Assembly (NCBI GenBank): GCA_041484665.1
Contig: JBGPIA010000001.1
Location: 64,001 to 128,000, forward strand
DNA length: 64,000 nucleotides
From: Candidatus Krumholzibacteriia bacterium
GTDB lineage: Bacteria > Krumholzibacteriota > Krumholzibacteriia > JAJRXK01
Direction of reading: 5' to 3'
Shown: positions 30,311 through 38,543 of the stretch, piece after piece
Layout of the letters: each line of letters begins with the position of its first letter
How positions within the stretch are numbered: the stretch's first letter is position 1
The notes under the pieces: generated by a model
Databases searched by the model: none
What the model was told of the DNA's origin: nothing
Seen by the model: only the letters and a program-made list of their open reading frames with translations
Position numbers and translations under genes: made by a program

Positions 30311-30607
30311 TTGCAAGGAGATGCCCGGCCAATGCGGGCCGAGCAGGTGAAGTGGCAGGAGATCGAGGGGGAAGGCATCCTCGTGAACCTCGAGACGGGC
30401 TACTATTTCAGCCTCAACCCGGTCGGCCTCTTCATCTGGAGCCACTGCGACGGTCAGCAGACCTGCCGGCAGATCGCCGCGGGTCTGGTCGAGCACTTCG
30501 ACGTGGACGAGGTGACGGCCTACCGGGATGTGGAGAGCTTCCTCGCGCAGATGGACGCCGAGGGCTTGCTTCGCGTGCTCCCTCCCCGCACGCCCGCGGA
30601 GCGCTGA
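30311..30607 (+). CDS. PqqD-family RiPP recognition element (lasso B1-like); start 30311 (TTG) or 30332 (ATG)
   Basis: EIEGEGILVNLETGYYFSLNPVGLFIW...IAAGLVEHFDV...DVESFLAQMDAEGLL, typical RRE pattern. Confidence 0.9.
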   Translation: MQGDARPMRAEQVKWQEIEGEGILVNLETGYYFSLNPVGLFIWSHCDGQQTCRQIAAGLVEHFDVDEVTAYRDVESFLAQMDAEGLLRVLPPRTPAER

Positions 30608-30621
30608 GTCCGAGGGCTCTC

Positions 30622-31044
30622 GTGCGGCTTGCGCGCTATTCATCTCCCGCTACCTGGCGCCGCTGTTGGCGCATGTTGCGAACCTGGTGGACGATGCCCA
30701 GCCGCATCCGCCGGCTGCCGTTGGATCAGCTGTTGGCCACCCTCGATCCACGCGGGCCGGTTCCGGCGGAGCGACCGGACACCGCCATAGAGATCGCCGA
30801 GATGGCTCGGTTCCTCCTGTACCGCACACCGCTGCCGCTACATAACACCTGCATGGTGCGCAGCCTCACCCTGTATCACTGCCTGCGCGCCGAGGGTGCC
30901 CCGGCCTCGGTCGTTTTCGGCGTGAAGCCGGGGAAGGAGATCCGCGAGGGACATGCCTGGCTTGAGCTTCGGGGAGAGCCTTACCTCGAGCCGGATGCGC
31001 GCCGCCGCGGATTTTCTCCGATTTTTCGCTATCCGCAGGACTGA
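30622..31044 (+). CDS. Lasso peptide B2-type transglutaminase-like leader peptidase
   Basis: CMVRSL (catalytic Cys), VVFGV, GHAWLE (His, Glu); C-terminal part of ORF 30004..31044. Confidence 0.88.
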   Translation: MRLARYSSPATWRRCWRMLRTWWTMPSRIRRLPLDQLLATLDPRGPVPAERPDTAIEIAEMARFLLYRTPLPLHNTCMVRSLTLYHCLRAEGAPASVVFGVKPGKEIREGHAWLELRGEPYLEPDARRRGFSPIFRYPQD

Positions 31045-31063
31045 TCGGGATGGCCGGCTTGCC

Positions 31064-32053
31064 GTGAGCATCGTCCGGAGCTTCCAACTCCACGGGGAGC
31101 GGATCCGCATCGAGGCGCAAAGCGAGCCGTGGGCGGACTCCGTCGACGAGATCCTCGGCGCCTACCGCACGGTCGAGGAGGCCCGGGACGAGGCGACGAT
31201 TCGCGTCGCGCTCGCGGGAGAGCAACATCCCGCGCGCCTTCCCGCAGACCTTGAGCTGCGGTCCCGCTTCGAGGATCTGGAGTTTTGGTCCACCCGGGAC
31301 CACAGCGTTGTGTGGATCGATGTCCACGGCCGCGGGTGGGTCCGCGTCCAACCTGAGGCGGGAGAGATCGACGCCCGGCTGGCTCTCGACCCGCAGGCGG
31401 ACGGCTGGCTGGTGGCACACCACGCGTTCTATCCAGCGCTCCTGGAGGTCCTCAAGGAACGCGGGATGTTTCCCCTTCACGCCGGATTGGTCGCGCAGGG
31501 GGCAGGTGAGGGAGCGGAAGGTCTGCTCGTCTGCGGCGCCTCCGGCGCCGGCAAGACGACGCTCACGCTGGCACTGGCAGGGAAAGGCTGGTCGCTGCTG
31601 GGGGACGACACCTGCTTCCTGCGCAGTCGGGCAGGCGGCGTGGAGGGATTGGCCTTCTGGGAGGATCTCCACGTGACCGAGTCCACCCTGGATCGGTTCC
31701 CCGCGCTGTCGTTCCTGCGCCGCCAGCCGGTCCGGCGCGGTAACTGGAAGCGGCACTTCGGAATCCACGAGCTTTCTCAGCTCAAGGTGGCGGAGCGGGC
31801 ACCCCTGCGCTGGCTCTTGTTCCCCAGGGTCTGTGGCGTGCCCGCGACCGTGATCGATCCGCTCACTGGGGCGGAGGCGGTCCGCCGACTGGCACCGCAG
31901 AGCATGATCCCGATCCGGCCGGCCGTGGTGGCCGCCCAGCTGGCGGTGCTTGCGCAATTGGGGCGCACCGTCCGGGCGGCCGAGGTGCGGATGGGCACCG
32001 ATCTCGATGAGGTGGTTGGCGTTGTACACACTTTTCTGGCGCTCAGAGATTGA
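31064..32053 (+). CDS. HPr kinase-related P-loop kinase (RiPP tailoring type)
   Basis: PLHAG, Walker A GASGAGKTT, LLGDD, like kinases of phosphorylated lasso peptide clusters. Confidence 0.82.
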   Translation: MSIVRSFQLHGERIRIEAQSEPWADSVDEILGAYRTVEEARDEATIRVALAGEQHPARLPADLELRSRFEDLEFWSTRDHSVVWIDVHGRGWVRVQPEAGEIDARLALDPQADGWLVAHHAFYPALLEVLKERGMFPLHAGLVAQGAGEGAEGLLVCGASGAGKTTLTLALAGKGWSLLGDDTCFLRSRAGGVEGLAFWEDLHVTESTLDRFPALSFLRRQPVRRGNWKRHFGIHELSQLKVAERAPLRWLLFPRVCGVPATVIDPLTGAEAVRRLAPQSMIPIRPAVVAAQLAVLAQLGRTVRAAEVRMGTDLDEVVGVVHTFLALRD

Positions 32054-32218
32054 ACTTCTACCCCGGCTTGTGATAACCTCGTGAACAGGAACTCTCTCTG
32101 AACCGGGTTGATCATCCAACCTGAGTGACGGCTCCCCGACAACCCGGGCGCCTATCCAACTCTCGACAACTTCGTCCGCGCTGCCGCAAGCAGCACGCGG
32201 CGCACCCAAGGAGGATCC

Positions 32219-35200
32219 ATGCGATTGGCAAGAGCTAAGTGGCTTGCTGGCGCGTTGCTGCTGGTTCCTGCGCTGGCGAGCGGGGCCCAGTCCCCGACCA
32301 GCCGGCCGCCCGTGACACCGGCTGCGGCAGGCGACGGCGCGCAGATCGTGCGTGACGCGCTGGCTTCCTGGGACGGCTGGAGGCCCGGGGCCTCGCCGCA
32401 AGCGGCTCTGCGCGTCAACGCGATGCCGAGCACCTATGGCGCGGACACTGGCTCGCCCCAGCCCGCCTCGTGGATCGGCCGAGACAATATTCTCTGGGGA
32501 AACGTGACGGGCGGGACGGCCCCCTACACCTACACGGTCGCGTTCGATGACGGCAGCCCGGCTGCCTCCGGCGCCGTCGCCGACCGGCGCTACATCGTCG
32601 TGCACCACTCGTACACGACGCTGGGTCCCAAGTTCGTGACGTTGACCGTGCAGGACAACGTGGGAGCGACCGACACGGAGACCTTTCGCATCGACGTCGG
32701 CCCCTACGGCATCCAGTCGCGCGTCCAGGCCGCCATCGAGGACGGCCTGCGCTACCTGTACCTGACGCAGCTGTCCAGCGGCCGCTGGAACGCGCCGGCC
32801 TCCGAAGGCATCCACGCGCTGGCGTTCCAATTGCGCAATCACGACAAGAGCGCCAACCCGACGAACGACATCTACGCGGAGACGCTCCAGGCCTTCTGGA
32901 ACAACATCTTCTCCAGCATGACCCGGTTCCCCATCGGCGCCCAACCCGCTGGCAATCCGGACACCAACGGCAATGGCTACTCCCTCTACGCCAACGGATT
33001 CACGCAGTGCTACAACCACGGAATCCTGATGCTGGCCATGGCCGGGATCAAGGACCTCAACGAGGTCGTCACCGTGGGTAGCGAGGCGGGCCGCACGATC
33101 AAGGATGTCCTGCAGGACATGATCGACCTCGCGGCGTACTCGCAGACCGAGACCGGCGTGGAGCGCGGCGGCTGGCGCTACACCCTGGTCACGTCCAACT
33201 CCGGCAGCGACAACTCGGCCGTCCAATGGGTCGTCCTGGGTATGGTGGCCAGCGAGGGCAGGGGCCTGACGATCCCGGCGTTCGTGAAAACCGAGCTGGA
33301 GATCTGGACGCTCTACAGCCAGGGGGCCGACGGTGGCTTTGGCTATACCGACAAGAACTTCTGGAACAACATCGCCAAGACCGGCTCGGGGCTCATGCAG
33401 CTGGCGTGGCTGCACTACGCACCGACCTCCGCGCAGGTGCTGGCCGCCGCCAACTTCCTGAACGCCCACTGGACGCTCCAGTCCGATAACTTCGGCTACG
33501 CGGAGATGTTCTACACCAACGAGTACGCGATGTACGCCGTGAAGAAGGGGCTCGAGTCGTTCTCGCCGCCCATCTCGTTCATCGCCGCGCACGACTGGCA
33601 GGACGAGTTCAACAAGACACTCGTCTACGACGCGCTCAGCGACTACGACGGCGTGGGCGGGATCGCGTACAACAACGACTTCAACGAGCAGATCTACGGC
33701 ACCGGCGACCTGGTCGACGGACGCTGGACCTCGTCCTACTGGCTCGGCTCCAACGACTACAGCCTGGTGACGGCGGCCCGCGTCCTGACGCTGACCGCTG
33801 GGGTCAGCAGCCTCGTGCCCGTGGCGAACTGCACGGTCACGCCGCCCTCGGCAGGGCCGGGCGTCACCATCACCCTGGACGGCACCGGCTCCTTCCATCA
33901 GGACCCCAACCACGAGATCGTGCAGTACCTCTGGGACTTCGACGCGTCCAACGGAGTCAATTTCGCTCCGCCGGACGGCGTGGGTTCCGTCGTCACCACC
34001 AGCTACTCGCTGGGAGTGGGCGAGCTGTCGCGCACCTTCACGGTGACGCTGCTCGTGCGCGACAACGCGGTGCCGCCCGTGGAGCGCCAGACCACCTGCC
34101 GGGTGGTGATCAGCCGGGAGAACCACCCGCCGGTGGCCGTGCCCGGCGGGCCGTACGCCGCCTGCGTCGGACAGCGGATCTGCGTCGACGGCAGCGGCAG
34201 CTACGACCCCGATGCCGGTGACTTCGTCGCCGAGTACCACTGGGACCTCGACGGAGACGGCCAGTTCGACGATTTCGACGGACCGGCCACCTGCGTGACC
34301 TTCCCGGGGCTCTACGACGGATTCATCGGCTTGCAAGTCGTGGACAGCTTCGGCGTCCCCAGCCAGAACAGCGGCGCCGTAGTCCGGATCTTCACCGCGC
34401 TCGGTGACCTGAGCACTGCGGACTCCGACCTGGTCGTCGACAGCGATGCCGGCTGCGTCCAGGGAGGCCAGACGTGCGTCACGGGCACCTACCGCGTGCT
34501 CAGCGACGATCCCACGTACGTGGTGGCGGCAGCGCGCGTGGACTTCTTCCTGGACGACCCGACCAATCCGGTGAACCGCATCGCGACGTTCACGGACAAC
34601 AACCTGGTGGGCGGCATGACGCTGAGCCATCAGGCCTGCTTCAACCGGCCGGACAACCTGGCGCACGCCGTATTCATGGTGCTCGATCCCAATCAGGTCC
34701 TCAACGAGTGCGTCGAGACCGACAACGTCGCCGTGCACCGTTTCGCGTGCGGGTGCGACGCGCAGCTCGCCGACCTTGCGCTGGTCGGATACGAGACCGT
34801 GTCGTGGGATCCCGGCACTCTCATCTGGGAGGTCCGGGTCAGCATCAAGAACAACGGCCCGGGCACGGCGCACGACGTCAACGCCACGCTCATGGAGGAC
34901 ATCCCCTGGGTGACTCCCGTGGACGGAGCCAGCAGCTACGGGGACATCGCGTCGGGCGACACCAAGTTCGGGGACAGCTTCACGCTGGACCTGACCGGCC
35001 GTCCGGGCGCGGGTGGCTTCAACGTGTTCTTCGACGTATTCTACACGGACAACTGCCAGACGGCCCACGAGGTCCGTCTCGACCCCGAGGCCGTCACCCC
35101 TGGTGAGAATGGCCGCAGCGCGCTGCGGACGTACGCGCTGAGCCAGAACTCCCCCAATCCCTTCAACCCGCGGACGATGATCTCCTTCACGCTGGCCAAT

Positions 35201-35404
35201 CCCGGCCACGTGAAGCTGGAGGTCTTCGACTTGCGTGGCCGTCTGGTCAAGACCCTGGTCGACGCCAATCTCGCGGCGACGCAGCACAGCGTCGACTGGG
35301 ACGGCACCGACCTCACCGGACAGCCCGTGAGCTCTGGCCTGTACTACTACCGCCTGAACGCGGCTGACTTCTCGCAGACTCTCAAGATGACGCTCGTGAA
35401 ATAG
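32219..35404 (+). CDS. Large secreted multidomain protein: PKD-like, alpha/alpha-barrel (prenyltransferase/terpene cyclase-like), two PKD, CARDB-like, FlgD-Ig C-terminal domain
   Basis: AAGGAGG RBS; signal peptide; AIEDGLRYL..TQLSSGRW, GGWRY, DNSAVQW, SQGADGGFGY; LDGTGS..YLWDFD and YHWDLDGDGQFDD; SQNSPNPFNPRT...SGLYYYRL. Confidence 0.8.
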   Translation: MRLARAKWLAGALLLVPALASGAQSPTSRPPVTPAAAGDGAQIVRDALASWDGWRPGASPQAALRVNAMPSTYGADTGSPQPASWIGRDNILWGNVTGGTAPYTYTVAFDDGSPAASGAVADRRYIVVHHSYTTLGPKFVTLTVQDNVGATDTETFRIDVGPYGIQSRVQAAIEDGLRYLYLTQLSSGRWNAPASEGIHALAFQLRNHDKSANPTNDIYAETLQAFWNNIFSSMTRFPIGAQPAGNPDTNGNGYSLYANGFTQCYNHGILMLAMAGIKDLNEVVTVGSEAGRTIKDVLQDMIDLAAYSQTETGVERGGWRYTLVTSNSGSDNSAVQWVVLGMVASEGRGLTIPAFVKTELEIWTLYSQGADGGFGYTDKNFWNNIAKTGSGLMQLAWLHYAPTSAQVLAAANFLNAHWTLQSDNFGYAEMFYTNEYAMYAVKKGLESFSPPISFIAAHDWQDEFNKTLVYDALSDYDGVGGIAYNNDFNEQIYGTGDLVDGRWTSSYWLGSNDYSLVTAARVLTLTAGVSSLVPVANCTVTPPSAGPGVTITLDGTGSFHQDPNHEIVQYLWDFDASNGVNFAPPDGVGSVVTTSYSLGVGELSRTFTVTLLVRDNAVPPVERQTTCRVVISRENHPPVAVPGGPYAACVGQRICVDGSGSYDPDAGDFVAEYHWDLDGDGQFDDFDGPATCVTFPGLYDGFIGLQVVDSFGVPSQNSGAVVRIFTALGDLSTADSDLVVDSDAGCVQGGQTCVTGTYRVLSDDPTYVVAAARVDFFLDDPTNPVNRIATFTDNNLVGGMTLSHQACFNRPDNLAHAVFMVLDPNQVLNECVETDNVAVHRFACGCDAQLADLALVGYETVSWDPGTLIWEVRVSIKNNGPGTAHDVNATLMEDIPWVTPVDGASSYGDIASGDTKFGDSFTLDLTGRPGAGGFNVFFDVFYTDNCQTAHEVRLDPEAVTPGENGRSALRTYALSQNSPNPFNPRTMISFTLANPGHVKLEVFDLRGRLVKTLVDANLAATQHSVDWDGTDLTGQPVSSGLYYYRLNAADFSQTLKMTLVK

Positions 35405-35477
35405 TCGACACCCGCGTGGGGTCGCCCCCAGGGCGGCCCCGCCTGACACGTACGAACTCGGAGGAAAGATCTCAACG

Positions 35478-35588
35478 ATGGAAACGCCCAGCAGGGAGCG
35501 CCGTCCCTACGAGTCCCCGGTGGTCACCAAGCACCAGAGCCTCGCGGACATCACGCTCTTCACGAACTTCGGTCCGCCGGGCAGCTGA
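35478..35588 (+). CDS. RiPP precursor 1 (36 aa) METPSRERRPYESPVVTKHQSLADITLFTNFGPPGS
   Basis: GGAGG RBS; YxxPxVxxxQxxxxxT lasso-type leader; paralog 390 bp downstream; below ORF-track cutoff. Confidence 0.85.
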   Translation: METPSRERRPYESPVVTKHQSLADITLFTNFGPPGS

Positions 35589-35609
35589 GCCCGCGGCACA
35601 TCGGAGACG

Positions 35610-35646
35610 AGGCCCTCAGCCCGCCGGGCAGAGGGCCTTTCGTTTT
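35610..35646 (+). terminator. Rho-independent terminator after precursor 1
   Basis: AGGCCCTCaGCCC-gcc-GGGCaGAGGGCCT followed by TTCGTTTT. Confidence 0.8.
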
Positions 35647-35783
35647 CCCCCCGGCCCCGTCGGCAAGCGTCCGGCCGTGCGCAGTGCGCGGGCAGCCCGC
35701 GGCGCGGGTCGTCCGCAGCGGGAGCAATCGGGAATCTGGGGGCATGACCGGTCGCGGGGGCGGGGGCCGCCGGGGGGGCCGGG

Positions 35784-35813
35784 TTGTCCGCGCGGTGCGC
35801 GCCGTGGTAGAAT
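35784..35813 (+). promoter_or_regulatory. Putative sigma70 promoter for precursor 2
   Basis: TTGTCC-18 nt-TAGAAT with extended -10 TG. Confidence 0.5.
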
Positions 35814-35868
35814 GGATGCCATGGATGAGAGGGGGCGCCCAACCGCAGCATCCCGTAGAGGAGTCCCG

Positions 35869-35994
35869 ATGTCGGCAGATATTTCGGCCAGCCAGGGGTC
35901 CCCGGACCGTCGACCGTACGAGTCACCGGCGATCACCAAGCACCAGAGCCTCAAGGAAATCACCCTCTTCACGAACTTCGGGCCGCCGAGCTGA
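35869..35994 (+). CDS. RiPP precursor 2 (41 aa) MSADISASQGSPDRRPYESPAITKHQSLKEITLFTNFGPPS
   Basis: AGAGGAG RBS; same leader motif and near-identical core as precursor 1; 3' end of ORF 35416..35994. Confidence 0.85.
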   Translation: MSADISASQGSPDRRPYESPAITKHQSLKEITLFTNFGPPS

Positions 35995-36068
35995 GAGCCG
36001 GCGACTCTCCCGAACGAGCAGTCGCGTCTCAAACCTCCGTCGCTCTCGCATGATCGGGTGAATCGGAC

Positions 36069-38378
36069 GTGGGGCGCCCTTCCCCGGGCGCCCCCGGTCG
36101 TCTGTGCCCTGCGCCGTTGCGCTGGTTGGAGAGGCTCGTGCCAGAATCCGTGCGTCGCATCCTCCGTTCCCCGGCCGACTGGGCGCGGGACTCTGCCCGC
36201 TGGCTGGTGGCGATCGTGGCGCTGGTCGTGCCAGCACGGCCCGCCATCGCGCCTGCCGGAAGCAACGCGTGGACCCAGGACGCCGGCCCGTACGGCGGCC
36301 GCATCCTGTGCCTGTTGGTCCACTCCAGCAGTCCATCGAAACTCGTGGCGGGGACGGAGGCTGGTGGCCTGTACGTGAGCGGGGACGGCGGCCAGACCTG
36401 GCAATCGCGCAGCCAGGGCCTCGGCCTGCTCACGGTCAACGACGTGCAAGCCGTTCCGCTGGGCACCAGCACCATCTGCGTGGCGACCAACAACGGTGTG
36501 TACCGCTCGGACAACCTCGGCCAGAGCTGGACGCAGCGCAGCGGCGGGCTGGGATCGCTGCTCACCACCTGCCTGGCGATCCACCCAACCAATGTCGCGC
36601 GGATGCTGTGCGGCACGGTGAACGGGCTCTACGCCACTGCCGATGCCGGCGTGTCGTGGACTCCGGTCAACGCCGGCCTCACCAACAGTTCGGTCGAGCG
36701 CATCCTCTGGGACGTCGGTGGCAACGCGATCTACGCGTGCACCGACGGCGGCGCGTTCCTCAACACCGATCCCCCGGGCACGTGGCTGCCGCGCAGCAAC
36801 GGGCTCAGTGGTCTGGCGCTGTTCACGCGCCAGCTCGTCACCAACCCGGCCGCATCGAGCGAGCTCTACCTTGCCACCTACGGCGGCGTGTTCCACAGCT
36901 TCAGCGGGGGCGGGAGCTGGGAGCTGCACAGCGCGGGCCTGACCGATACCCGGGCGCAAGCACTCTGGATCGACCCCGCCGATGGCATGCACCTGCTGGT
37001 GGGCACCGAGAGCGGAGTGTTCGAGACCTTTGACGGCGCGCTGCACTGGGCCGCGGCCAGTGCGGGCCTCACCGATCGGGTCGTGCGCAGCCTGGCCTAC
37101 GACGGCACGTCGATGCTATGCGGCACGTTTTATCGCGGCGTGCAGCGCCGGACCGGGTCCACCTGGGCGCCGATCAACCAGGGACTGGCCAATACGTTCC
37201 TGCAGGAGATCGCCGTCGACAGCTCGGGGAGCCTGATCGCCGCAGCCGGCTACGGCGGTGTCTATCGCAGCGCGGACGTCGGGAGCAGCTTTGCGCTGGG
37301 CGACGCCGGAATCACCGTGCCCGATGTGCGCACGGTCTGCTTCGATCCCACCAATCCGCAGGTTGTCTTCGCCGGCGCGAACTACGGTGGCGTGTACAAG
37401 TCGACCAACGGTGGCACGACATTCTCGCTGGTGGGGCTGGCCGGGGAGACCGTGCGGGCGATCCGCGTGCACCCGACCAACTCGCTGATCGTCTACGCCG
37501 GGACCTACGATGGCGTCTTCCGCAGCGACAACGGCGGCGGGCTGTGGGTGGCGCGCAGCGCGGGCATGACCGCGGACAACGTCAACGACCTGGAGCTGGA
37601 TCCCACCAACCCCGAGGTCATCTACGCCGGGATCTACCTGGGCTACGTGTACAAGACCAGCAACGGCGGGTTGAGCTGGACGCAGAAGACCAACGGGCTG
37701 GGCGCCAGTATCGTGTTCGACCTGGCCGTCGATCCCGCCGATCCGCAGGTCGTGCTGGCCGCCGGCTTCGAGGGCAAGGGGATCTGGCGCAGCGCGGACG
37801 GCGGCGACACCTGGCACGACGCCAGCACGGGGCTGCCCAACAAGAGCATCTGGAAAGTGAAATTCGACCCGTTCGACGCCTCGCGCGCGTACGCGGCCAC
37901 CCAGGACGGCGTCGCGCGCAGCCTCGACGGGGGCGCCACCTGGGCGGACCTGAGCAACGGACTGCTCGTGAAGGACGTCCGCGACATCGCAGTGGATCCG
38001 CTGAGCTTCCGGACGCTGCGCGCGGCGACCTTCGGCGGTGGCCTCTACACGTTCACGGACATGGCCACGGCGGCCCCCCCCGTCCGGCCGGCGGCGGCCG
38101 AGCTGCATCCCGGCTTTCCCAACCCCTTCAATCCCAGCACGACGCTGGCCTTCGAGCTGCGCGGGGCGGACGCCCGGCGCGTACGCCTGGACGTCTTCGA
38201 CGCGCGCGGGCGCCGCGTGCGTACGCTGCTGGATGCGCCAGCCGATCCGGGCGTGCACCGGGTGACGTGGGATGGGCGCGACGACACCGGCTCGGGTGTC
38301 GCGGGTGGCGTCTACCTGGCGCGGCTGGCCGTCGACGGCCAGGGTGCGGGAGTTCAAAAGCTGACGCTGCTCAAATGA
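36069..38378 (+). CDS. Secreted BNR/VPS10-like beta-propeller repeat protein with FlgD-Ig C-terminal domain (start may be 36138)
   Basis: Repeated Asp-box SxDGGxTW and GVYKS motifs; PNPFNPST...GVYLARL tail. Confidence 0.85.
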   Translation: MGRPSPGAPGRLCPAPLRWLERLVPESVRRILRSPADWARDSARWLVAIVALVVPARPAIAPAGSNAWTQDAGPYGGRILCLLVHSSSPSKLVAGTEAGGLYVSGDGGQTWQSRSQGLGLLTVNDVQAVPLGTSTICVATNNGVYRSDNLGQSWTQRSGGLGSLLTTCLAIHPTNVARMLCGTVNGLYATADAGVSWTPVNAGLTNSSVERILWDVGGNAIYACTDGGAFLNTDPPGTWLPRSNGLSGLALFTRQLVTNPAASSELYLATYGGVFHSFSGGGSWELHSAGLTDTRAQALWIDPADGMHLLVGTESGVFETFDGALHWAAASAGLTDRVVRSLAYDGTSMLCGTFYRGVQRRTGSTWAPINQGLANTFLQEIAVDSSGSLIAAAGYGGVYRSADVGSSFALGDAGITVPDVRTVCFDPTNPQVVFAGANYGGVYKSTNGGTTFSLVGLAGETVRAIRVHPTNSLIVYAGTYDGVFRSDNGGGLWVARSAGMTADNVNDLELDPTNPEVIYAGIYLGYVYKTSNGGLSWTQKTNGLGASIVFDLAVDPADPQVVLAAGFEGKGIWRSADGGDTWHDASTGLPNKSIWKVKFDPFDASRAYAATQDGVARSLDGGATWADLSNGLLVKDVRDIAVDPLSFRTLRAATFGGGLYTFTDMATAAPPVRPAAAELHPGFPNPFNPSTTLAFELRGADARRVRLDVFDARGRRVRTLLDAPADPGVHRVTWDGRDDTGSGVAGGVYLARLAVDGQGAGVQKLTLLK

Positions 38379-38543
38379 CTGGCGCAACCGCCAGGGCGGC
38401 AGCGCCCGGCGTCAAGCCTGGAAGCTGCGGGCGCGCACGCGTGGATGGGCAGCGAGTGGCCGCGAGCACGACCCAGGGAGCCGCCTGCGCGTTGGGCGAG
38501 CGCTTGAAGCCCGGCAGTCGATCCGCCGGTGCACGAGCGGGGG

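Noticed and set aside
33955..33975. VNFAPP in the large protein resembling core TNFGPP
   Set aside because: Short match within a PKD-type loop; likely chance
30866..35449. 1527-aa minus-strand ORF
   Set aside because: Antisense shadow of the kinase and the large secreted gene; no motifs; expected in high-GC DNA
30311..35994. Canonical lasso peptide cluster
   Set aside because: No cyclase gene in the window, and the cores are too short and lack an acceptor Asp/Glu
35490..35994. Direct repeat of about 90 bp as CRISPR or mobile-element end
   Set aside because: Only two copies, both coding with synonymous differences; no cas or transposase genes
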